Assembly (NCBI GenBank): GCA_029555385.1
Contig: JAKPSH010000207.1
Location: 7,092-71,091 of the forward strand
Reading direction: 5' to 3'
Length of the DNA stretch: 64,000 nt
DNA from: Pseudomonadota bacterium
GTDB lineage: Bacteria; Bdellovibrionota_C; UBA2361; SZUA-149
Shown: in pieces, positions 28,342 through 36,552 of the stretch
Layout: every line of letters starts with the position of its first letter
How positions within the stretch are numbered: position 1 is the first letter of the stretch
Translations under genes and position numbers: made by a program
Notes under the pieces: model-generated
What the model saw: only the letters and a program-made list of their open reading frames with translations
What the model was told of the DNA's origin: nothing
The model's database searches: none

Positions 28342-28363
28342 AACCTACTCGAAAGGACGGTAT

Positions 28364-29836
28364 ATGGCGAAGAAACCAGTAAGAAGGCCAAAGCCTGCCT
28401 TACGCAAGGCAAGGAGCCGGACGGACCACATCGGGATCATTGGACTGGCAACAATGGGTCCGGCGTTGGCGCTGAATTTTGCCAGTCACGGAATCCATGT
28501 CGTCGGCTGGGACTATGACCCCCGCCTGACACACGCATTCGAGAACAGGCTGCGGCCTAAATCGGGTGTGCATCTGGTCTACCAGCTCTCCGAGCTGGTT
28601 CAACTCCTGCCCAAACCCCGGACGATTCTCCTGATGATCAGGTCCGGGCCGCCCGTAGACTCCGTGCTCACGCAGCTCTACAGCCTGCTTGATACGGGAG
28701 ACATTGTCATCGACGGCGGTAATTCCGACTTTAAGGATACCGAGCGCCGGGTTACTGAAGCCGGCTCGCGCGGGGTCCTCTATGTCGGATGCGGTGTGTC
28801 CGGCGGCGAGAAAGGCGCGCTAACGGGCCCCAGTCTCATGCCCGGCGGCAACCCCGAAGCCTGGCCGCGCATCAAACCGCTTCTCGAAGCTGTTGCTGCC
28901 CGCGGCTCAAACGGCAAACCGTGCTGCTGTTGGATCGGTCCCGGCGGGGCCGGACACTTCGTGAAGACTGTACACAACGGGATGGAATACGGCATGATGC
29001 AGGTCATCGCCGAGGATTACGATATTATGCGGCGCGGTCTCGGCATGACACCTGCGGAGATCGCCCAGGTCTTCGAGAAGTGGAACAAGGGCCGTGTCGG
29101 CTCCTATCTCCTGGAGCTTTCGGCTAAAATCCTTCACCTGAAGGACCCGGAGAAGGACCGCCCAATGATCGATTCAATTCTCGATGTCGCCGGGCAGAAG
29201 GGCACGGGGATCGAGACGATCCTAGCCGCGCTCAATCTTGGGGTCTCGGTGAGCATCATCGGGACCGCTGTGGCGATTCGCCTCATGTCCAAACGGCGGG
29301 GCGAGCGGGAGCAGATTCACGATGTGATGAAGCCGAAGCGTTTCCCCCTTAAAGTGGCCTCGCGCCCCAAGTTCATTGAAATGCTCGGCGAAGCGCTCCA
29401 CGCCGCGACCCTGCTCATTTTCTCGCAAGGCTTTCGGCAGCTTCAAGCGGCCTCGGCCGAGTACGGATGGAAACTTCCGCTTGCCGAAATTGCACAGCTC
29501 TGGACCGGAGGCTGCGTCATCCGCTGTGCATGCCTCAAGGACATCGCCGCAGCTTACCTGCGGGAGCCGGACCTGACGCACCTCATGGTCGCCGACGGCA
29601 TCCGGGAAGAGATCCTGCGCTGCGAGGACAGCCTTGCGGAAGTCATCGCCGCGGCAGCACGCGCACGGATTCCCAAGCTGACGCTCAGTGCCGCACACGA
29701 ATATCTCCTGCTGATGCAGGACACCGATTTGCCGGTAAATCTGGTTGCCGCGCAGCGTGACGGATTCGGCAACCACGGCTTCTTCCGCGCCGATCGCATG
29801 GGCAGCGGTTTGTATCACCTCAGTCTGGACGACTGA
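28364..29836 (+). CDS. gnd: 6-phosphogluconate dehydrogenase, decarboxylating (long-chain, divergent)
   Basis: GLATMG, IDGGNS, GVSGGEKGALTGPSLMPGG, HFVKTVHNGMEYG (catalytic K/E), GQKGTG, QRDGFGNH; GAAAGGA RBS. Confidence 0.95.
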   Translation: MAKKPVRRPKPALRKARSRTDHIGIIGLATMGPALALNFASHGIHVVGWDYDPRLTHAFENRLRPKSGVHLVYQLSELVQLLPKPRTILLMIRSGPPVDSVLTQLYSLLDTGDIVIDGGNSDFKDTERRVTEAGSRGVLYVGCGVSGGEKGALTGPSLMPGGNPEAWPRIKPLLEAVAARGSNGKPCCCWIGPGGAGHFVKTVHNGMEYGMMQVIAEDYDIMRRGLGMTPAEIAQVFEKWNKGRVGSYLLELSAKILHLKDPEKDRPMIDSILDVAGQKGTGIETILAALNLGVSVSIIGTAVAIRLMSKRRGEREQIHDVMKPKRFPLKVASRPKFIEMLGEALHAATLLIFSQGFRQLQAASAEYGWKLPLAEIAQLWTGGCVIRCACLKDIAAAYLREPDLTHLMVADGIREEILRCEDSLAEVIAAAARARIPKLTLSAAHEYLLLMQDTDLPVNLVAAQRDGFGNHGFFRADRMGSGLYHLSLDD

Positions 29837-29868
29837 GGAAAGCTCAAGGTTCCTCACGGGCCAACAAT

Positions 29869-29926
29869 CGCCCCTTACGGTGCCACGGTGCGAATCAAGG
29901 CGATTCGCACCAGCCCGTAAGGGGCG
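29869..29926 (+). terminator. Long 3' hairpin after gnd (REP-like or stabiliser)
   Basis: CGCCCCTTACGG/CCGTAAGGGGCG outer 12-bp stem plus GGTGCGAATC/GATTCGCACC inner 10-bp stem. Confidence 0.5.
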
Positions 29927-30156
29927 CAATGCCGATGCCACAGCTCATCTTTCAATTTTCACTTTACTTCCTAGGTCCATAGACTGAATCACGTAACATT
30001 TCACTCAACCTGCATATTACGCAGCTCATACTCGTCCTGCACCTGCACATTCCCAAGCCGCGCAAAGCAGGACATCATGAAGAAAGCCGCCACACGCGGT
30101 TAATACGGAGGAACACGCTGTCGTTTGGATAACATGAATTCTTGGGAGAAGAGCAT

Positions 30157-30894
30157 ATGATTAGAACACTAAAGATGATGGGCTGCTGCCTTGCGGCGGC
30201 AGTCTTATTTCCGGCTATGAGTTTTGCTCAGTATGACGAACCGCCGCATTTCGATCAAACGCCGCAGGAGTATCAGCGCGGACGGATGAAAGAGCCGCAG
30301 ATGCTCTGGCAGGAGAAAGAACAGCTTCTGCGGGATGCCTCGCGGGTCTTTAAGCAGCTTATTACGCCGAAGGCGCGAAGTGAGTATGCGCAGCATGCCA
30401 AGTGCATCGCCGTCTTTCCCGCAGTGACCGAAGCGGCAATAGCCTTGGGCGTGCGGACCAGCAGCGGAATAGCCTCGTGCAAAGGCGCAAATGCGATGTG
30501 GAGTCAGCCGAGCTTCATCGACCTGCGCGGCGCCAGCCTTGGCGTGCAGCTTGGCGCTAAGTCGACGCAGCTCGTGATGTTTCTGATGAACGACAAAGCA
30601 AAGCGCGCGCTGATCGAAGGACGCCTGACGCTCGGAGCAGACCTCAGCTACGCCTCGGGCACTTTAAGCGGTGATGCCGCTGCCGACACTGCGGGCAAGG
30701 ACATTGTCACCCTGACTGAGTCGTCGGGCGTATTTGCCGGTGCGTCGCTGAACGGCACGATCGTCAACGCCGACAACACCTCGATCCAGGCATTCTATGG
30801 CGAGGACATGTCGCACAGCGAACTGCTCAACACGTTCCGGTCAAACGAACGTTCGCCGGCAAGCGAAGACTTGAAACGGGCCTTCGCCTCGTAG
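30157..30894 (+). CDS. Lipid-binding SYLF (Ysc84-like) domain protein, secreted
   Basis: Signal peptide; AKCIAVFPAV, WSQPSF, SLGVQLGAKSTQLVM, LTLGAD, GVFAGASLNG. Confidence 0.9.
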   Translation: MIRTLKMMGCCLAAAVLFPAMSFAQYDEPPHFDQTPQEYQRGRMKEPQMLWQEKEQLLRDASRVFKQLITPKARSEYAQHAKCIAVFPAVTEAAIALGVRTSSGIASCKGANAMWSQPSFIDLRGASLGVQLGAKSTQLVMFLMNDKAKRALIEGRLTLGADLSYASGTLSGDAAADTAGKDIVTLTESSGVFAGASLNGTIVNADNTSIQAFYGEDMSHSELLNTFRSNERSPASEDLKRAFAS

Positions 30895-30932
30895 CGTTGC
30901 TGAGGCGCTGCCATCTCAGCGCCAACCAAACC

Positions 30933-30968
30933 GGGGAAGTCCGCACCAGGCGGCTTCCCCATTTTTTT
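30933..30968 (+). terminator. Intrinsic terminator
   Basis: GGGGAAGTCCGC-ACCAG-GCGGCTTCCCC followed by ATTTTTTT. Confidence 0.8.
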
Positions 30969-31017
30969 GCATGCTGCTGCCGTGAAAACGCAGAACCATT
31001 AGGGCGCTGAGCACTTC

Positions 31018-31938
31018 TCAAAACGGAGAAGTCGAACGCAGCGCCGCGCGCTCTGGTCCGTTTTGCACAGCCATCTCCCCGACCCCGCCTTTATCAAATC
31101 CATTCCACTGCGCGGATGCCGCGTTTAGCCGCATTTCAAAGCTGGCCAGTGGAAGCCCAAAACTCTCGGAGAATGCCTGCGCCGCGTCAATCCCTTCCCG
31201 CAGCCTGCCAAAATATGCGCCTAGCGCCGGCAGACCACGGCCTCGCACCAAAATGCCGACCGCAAACCTCGACTGGGCATACGCTGCTGCCGCCGCGTCC
31301 GGCGGCAGCTTGGTAAATCCGTCGTTCAGCCTAGAAAACGATATTACCATCCGCGAAGCATCGTATACTCCATGCGGTTCTGCCGCGTTCCAGCCGCCGC
31401 CTTGCTCGAACAACTGCGCGGCTCCCTCATCCACCCATGCCGGACAGCGAAAGGCGGCAGCGTGTGCCACAAGAAAATGGATGTACTCATGGCGCAGTGT
31501 GCGGCGCAGCTCAGCCAGTGCGTCTTTTCCCACATCCGGAAAGACGACGGTTATTCCATCCTCCCGGAACAGCGCCGCTGTCCAAACAGGAGCGCCGGTC
31601 AGACGCAGAAAAGATTGCTTGGAAACAACGCGCAAGACGAGCTGCGGAAGCGGACGGGCAATTAAGCTCGACCCCTCTTCCTGCACTTGCGTCAAGATGT
31701 CCTGAATCAAATAAACCAGCGCCGTTCCGGCAGGCGCATCACGCGACACGGTTTCTTCAATTTGCAGCGTTCCTTGGCGCAGCTTATGGAACGAAAATCC
31801 CACTTCGTCCGCCGCGGCCGCCGGCTTTGGCCACCATACCGCGGCAAACATAACAAGGATTGGCAGCAATGCGGAAAAATATAATCGCCGAAGAACTTCG
31901 ACGACCAGATGCTCCAACGACAAAAGCCAAAACAACAT
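31018..31938 (-). CDS. Peptidase MA-like zinc metallopeptidase domain protein, secreted
   Basis: HEYIH (HExxH) plus PAWVDEGAAQ third-ligand motif, AYAQS; signal peptide; exact start uncertain. Confidence 0.85.
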   Translation of the reverse strand: MLFWLLSLEHLVVEVLRRLYFSALLPILVMFAAVWWPKPAAAADEVGFSFHKLRQGTLQIEETVSRDAPAGTALVYLIQDILTQVQEEGSSLIARPLPQLVLRVVSKQSFLRLTGAPVWTAALFREDGITVVFPDVGKDALAELRRTLRHEYIHFLVAHAAAFRCPAWVDEGAAQLFEQGGGWNAAEPHGVYDASRMVISFSRLNDGFTKLPPDAAAAAYAQSRFAVGILVRGRGLPALGAYFGRLREGIDAAQAFSESFGLPLASFEMRLNAASAQWNGFDKGGVGEMAVQNGPERAALRSTSPF

Positions 31939-32650
31939 TTATTACCGGGAAAAACAACTCACACAACTGAATAATCCGGGACCGGCGCACGCCAAGCCGG
32001 CTGCCCGCTCTACTTAAGAGGCAGCCTCCGAACCGCCCGGTTCAGACAATCTATGGCGAAGGAAATATGTGACAGAAATCGCGCCGCCCTGCAAGCATCC
32101 ATCCGCAGCTTAATCGCTGAGGAATATACCGGGACGCGTATTACCTCAAGCGGCTTTATCCGCCGCCCGTGATGGCGATTAGCGCCGAGAGGAACATGCA
32201 CAAATCAACAAGCCGTAAAAGGCTTGGACCGCCGTGTAAAATAAACGTCAACAATCCTGCCGCCGTTTCTGAAAGCACCTTGATGTTGTGCGCAAATGCA
32301 CACGAGTCTCACCGCATCCATACCGCAGTCATCTTTATCCGGTCGGGGGCACCTTGCACTGCTGCGCTTATCCCGAGCTGAGCGGCAAGTTTGACTTCAT
32401 CATTAAGGATCTGGGGCTTAAGCTTGATAGTTACGGCACAGCCGGCATCACAATTGATGCCGCTGCTTAGGGTGCATGGATAGGCGGAGTAACAATATAG
32501 GAGCTGGATCTGCGCCAAGGCCAGCCAGCATTTGGCAAAGCTGCGAAAAAGGCGGCAGCTAATGTCCTCTTTCCCCATCCCCGCACGCTGCCCGGCCCCG
32601 TTGCTCGCGGCGGCACAAGCGGCGTGCGGGGAAAAACCACTGCGTCTGGA

Positions 32651-33427
32651 TCACCAGGCGAAGTCTCCATCGGGGCAGAAGCGGCGGCACGCAGCTTCTG
32701 CGACATGCCGCACTCCCTCGTTCTCGTCCTCCGCCAAGTCCATGGCCAGGGCATGCGCGCGGGACTGCAGCTCGCTGGTATGCGCTTGGTCGATCGTCGC
32801 GAGGTTGAACACGACATCAACCGCCGCCTCGACCGCGGCGATGCAGACCTGAGCGTAGCCATCGCCGTACTTGCCGGCCCAAGCCCTTTCCGCGTTCTTC
32901 TCGATACGGGCCATCAGCTCGCGCGGGAAGGTATGAAACGCTGCGGCAGCCCGCATCGCTGTCGCCACGACATCGCCGTCGCCGTCCGTGGCCGATGCCG
33001 AACGGACCGCGCGGAATGCCACCTGGCTGTGACGCTGCTTGGCGAGCAGACGCACCGCCAAAAGCCGCGTGGACTTGTGCTTGCCGCGCACAAACGGGCG
33101 GATTGCAATGATCACTTCGCGGGGCAGCGGCTCCGAGCGAACATCAAGCGCCGCAAGCACGTTGTCGGCCCAACCGACAAAGGCCTTGTCGTCGCTGCGA
33201 AACCGCTCCAGAAACCCCAGCGCCCTCACCGCCCAGTGCAGGACGCGCCCATCCGTCGCCATGCTTGCCGCGGCAAGCCAGGCGGCAACAAAGGCCCCCT
33301 GGTCATCGAAGGCATTGACATTGCGCGACGTCAGGGTGATATTCACCCGCGTCGTCACATCCAAGTACTCTTCGTGCGGCGGTCCCAGGGGTGTCCCTGG
33401 CAACCCGGAAGGCAGACCGGAACTCAT
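32651..33427 (-). CDS. HEAT-repeat-like hypothetical protein
   Basis: AAAGGAG RBS; repeats KHKSTRLLAVRLL, DGDGDVVATAMRA, DENEGVRHVAEAA. Confidence 0.7.
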   Translation of the reverse strand: MSSGLPSGLPGTPLGPPHEEYLDVTTRVNITLTSRNVNAFDDQGAFVAAWLAAASMATDGRVLHWAVRALGFLERFRSDDKAFVGWADNVLAALDVRSEPLPREVIIAIRPFVRGKHKSTRLLAVRLLAKQRHSQVAFRAVRSASATDGDGDVVATAMRAAAAFHTFPRELMARIEKNAERAWAGKYGDGYAQVCIAAVEAAVDVVFNLATIDQAHTSELQSRAHALAMDLAEDENEGVRHVAEAACRRFCPDGDFAW

Positions 33428-34171
33428 CGTCAGACTCCTTTACGCAGGACTCGCCCGTCCACAGAAAGTATTCCGCACTTCCCGCTTTGTGGGCGAAAAC
33501 TTGAACATGTCCGCTGAATCGTCCACTCCTCCGGCGCGGGGTTTTTTTGGGGCGTGCGGAAATAATTAAGCGCAGGAAGGACAGGACAAACCAGCGGACA
33601 TGTCCGATATAAAACCTATTTTCGGACATTAGCTGTCAAATGAATCAACTGACTTGAAAGCAACAGTGCCTCTACTCTGGACAGCCGGCCAAAAGGCGCG
33701 AAAAAATGAACTCCTTGCGGACCAAGAAACGTGCAGTTATGCAGGTCGTCAAGATTTTTTAGCTTATTCGCAAGCATCGGGCAAGCAAAGCAATTGCCGT
33801 GCATGTTCTTCGGCCGGTGCAGCGCACCACAGCCGCCGCTTGCATCCTGGTATTTTCAGCACACCTTTTCTTTGCTACGAATAGAAATTCGTACAACCAG
33901 AATCTAATGGCTGTAATACCTTTGGTGTTCTTGCTCGGCCTTAAGATACGGTCTTTACCCTTGCTGCAAAAGTAGATCTGCTGCTTTGTGCCTTATCCTG
34001 GCAGTGCGCACTTCGCGCTTCCGGCAAAAGGCATAGAGCTGCCCAATAATGTTTTTTCTGTTTTGTCTGGTTGCTCTTTTATCTCCGCACGAACTCCGGT
34101 TCCCAAGCTGCTTGAAAACCTCATTCCAACTTGGGAACCGGAGTCTCGCATATCGGGAAAGGAGCAAACCG

Positions 34172-36220
34172 ATGACTCAACTCTATTTAAGCGAAGTTGA
34201 CCGGCCCGTTCTCGGTCCGCACCGCGTGGACGGCAAGTGGCGCGTGCGCATCGCTGCCGGGTTTGAGGCCGAAGAAGTGTCTCTGCTTCGCTTCAAGGCC
34301 CCCGGAAGCTGCGACCATGACGACCCGATCCGGCTTGACTGCGAAGGCCAGTTAATCCCGGGCGTAAACTGCTTTGCCGCGGAAGTGCCGCAGGCAAGGA
34401 CAGGGGACGAATACGGACTGCGCGTTCGCGGACCCTTCGCACCCGACCTAGGTTTTCGTTACGATGAGTGCAAGCTGCTTTCCGACCCGGCTGCGCTTCT
34501 TGGTTCAGCGCACTTTGTTGAACACGACGCGCTGTATTCAGTAGAAAAGCAAACCGGCGTGCGGAATTTTGCGGACAGCATGCCCTTTGCATCGCGTACT
34601 GTTTTTTACGACGGAAACGACGACGGCAAGTTCGACTGGGAAGATGATGCACCGGTGGTGCCCGACCCAGGCGATATGGTCATCTACGAGGGTCATGCAC
34701 GCAGTGTAACGATCAAGGTTTCCGCTGATTTGTTAAACGCAAAGCCTGGAACCTATGCGGCAATCGGGAGCGATTGGTTTCTCGATTATCTCTGCCGCCT
34801 GGGCGTCAATACCCTTGAGCTTTACTGCGTCCAATACCGGCCGATGCCCAAAGGCGGCTACTGGGGATACGATCCGCTCTTGCCCGGCGCGGTCGCGCTT
34901 CATTACGGCACGAACCCGCTGGACCCGTTGGCGACGGGGCGTGAATTCAAAGCAATGGTCAAGAAACTGCACCGCCGCGGCATCCGCGTCGTGCTCGATT
35001 TGGTGTTCAATCACACCTGCGAAGGCGACCACCGCGGGCCCACTCTCTCGCTTAAGGGATTGTACAACAAGGCCTACCGTCTTTGCGGCCAGAACGGCGC
35101 GCTGAATTTCTATTGGAACGGAAGCGGCTGCGGCAACGCACTCGATTTTGAAGAGCCGTTTGTGCAGCAACTATACCAGCAGGCGCTTGTCTCCTGGCGG
35201 CGGGTATGGCACATCGACGGCGTACGCTTCGATCTCGGCGGCATTCAACACGGAGGCCGCGGGGGCTACTATGATGAAAACCCGTTTGGCCGGAGGATGA
35301 AGGCCCATCCGGTAATCGCCGCGATGGAACCGCACATCTATGAGCCTTGGATCGGGAACGGCAACAACCTTTACCAAGTGCCGCCCCGGCCCGGGCGTGC
35401 CGTTTGGCATGCCGAGGGACGGGATGCGTTCCGTCTCTTTGCCAGAGGCGATCATGGCTCACTCGGCAAGATGATTGCCGTGCTCACCGGGTCCCGGCTG
35501 TTTTTCCCACCCGCAGAGTGCGGAGACTACCCGGCTGTGGCCTATATTACAAGCCACGACGGCTTCAACTTCGCCCAGCGGCTGCTGCACAACCATAAGT
35601 CCAATGACGACGGCCACGACAATGAGCTGAGCTGGGACTGCGGCAATGACCCGGCGCTGCGCTGGCGCATCTATAAGATGAGCATGGCGCTCCTGCTGTT
35701 TTCTCCCCTGCCGATGATCAGAGCCGGCGACGAGGTGCTCTACTACCCCGGAAACGCCGACAACAATCCTTACGATCAGGGCGACGAGGTAAACGGCGTC
35801 GACTTGCTGCATTCGTGCGGCGCAGCATACGAGTACTGCCGCGGCATTCTCGCGCTTCGCCGCCGCCATCCCACGCTGGGCCGGATGTTTTTCGATACCC
35901 CGCCCTACGGCTGCTATACTTCCTGCGGCTGCCCGATGGGAAATACCACGTGGAACACAGCAAAGATTATGGAAACGAGCCTCCTCCTGCCCGGAAGCGG
36001 GGCTAAAATTCCACAGCGCGGCGAGTCCGCTGATTTGCTGCTGATGATCAACGGCTATCATGAAGGAAGCTGCACGATGCAAGTTCCCCACCCGGCAAGG
36101 GGAACGCGCTGGGTGCGGGTCTTGCAGACGGACCTTGACGAGCCGTTTGCCGAACACGCTCTTGAGAAGCAAGAGATGTCTCTGCCCTACCGCAGCGCGG
36201 CACTGCTCGTTGCGCGTTAG
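34172..36220 (+). CDS. glgX: Glycogen debranching enzyme / isoamylase (GH13, divergent GlgX)
   Basis: YWGYDP, VVLDLVFNHT, GCGN, DGVRFDL (nucleophile), EPW (acid/base), TSHDGF; GAAAGGAG RBS. Confidence 0.88.
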   Translation: MTQLYLSEVDRPVLGPHRVDGKWRVRIAAGFEAEEVSLLRFKAPGSCDHDDPIRLDCEGQLIPGVNCFAAEVPQARTGDEYGLRVRGPFAPDLGFRYDECKLLSDPAALLGSAHFVEHDALYSVEKQTGVRNFADSMPFASRTVFYDGNDDGKFDWEDDAPVVPDPGDMVIYEGHARSVTIKVSADLLNAKPGTYAAIGSDWFLDYLCRLGVNTLELYCVQYRPMPKGGYWGYDPLLPGAVALHYGTNPLDPLATGREFKAMVKKLHRRGIRVVLDLVFNHTCEGDHRGPTLSLKGLYNKAYRLCGQNGALNFYWNGSGCGNALDFEEPFVQQLYQQALVSWRRVWHIDGVRFDLGGIQHGGRGGYYDENPFGRRMKAHPVIAAMEPHIYEPWIGNGNNLYQVPPRPGRAVWHAEGRDAFRLFARGDHGSLGKMIAVLTGSRLFFPPAECGDYPAVAYITSHDGFNFAQRLLHNHKSNDDGHDNELSWDCGNDPALRWRIYKMSMALLLFSPLPMIRAGDEVLYYPGNADNNPYDQGDEVNGVDLLHSCGAAYEYCRGILALRRRHPTLGRMFFDTPPYGCYTSCGCPMGNTTWNTAKIMETSLLLPGSGAKIPQRGESADLLLMINGYHEGSCTMQVPHPARGTRWVRVLQTDLDEPFAEHALEKQEMSLPYRSAALLVAR

Positions 36221-36261
36221 GCTGGAAAAGCTGAGAAGCGCGGGGACACTATATTTCCCGC

Positions 36262-36305
36262 AAGCGGCATGGTTTCCCATGGGCAGCTCATGCCGCTTTT
36301 TGTTT
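36262..36305 (+). terminator. Intrinsic terminator after glgX
   Basis: AAGCGGCATG (36262-36271) / CATGCCGCTT (36289-36298) followed by TTTGTTT. Confidence 0.65.
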
Positions 36306-36552
36306 CTCGTCCCGGATCCGGCATTAAGTTTTGCGTAATAAGCAAGAATACCGCCATCTCCCGCATTTGCTGCCAAAGTTCGCCTCCGCTAGACTTACGC
36401 AAGAACACCAGCAGCAAAGTATCCGCGGTTTTTCTCGTCCGGTTTGCATTCTATGGGAGTTCTTGTCCGCACGAGATCTGCGGCATACGGTTCTTACTGA
36501 GCTTGACACACTAAACAATAGAAAAGTCTTCCTCAGCGTCGCGCAAAAGCCA

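Noticed and set aside
32400..32470. Frame ending ...TIDAAA* resembling a tmRNA tag
   Set aside because: No tRNA-like GGGG 5' end or T-arm/CCA 3' end around it.
32624..33517. 297-aa plus-strand ORF
   Set aside because: The opposite-strand ORF has the AAAGGAG RBS and HEAT-like periodicity; this one is an Arg/His-rich shadow.
35459..36376. 305-aa minus-strand ORF
   Set aside because: Antisense shadow of glgX.
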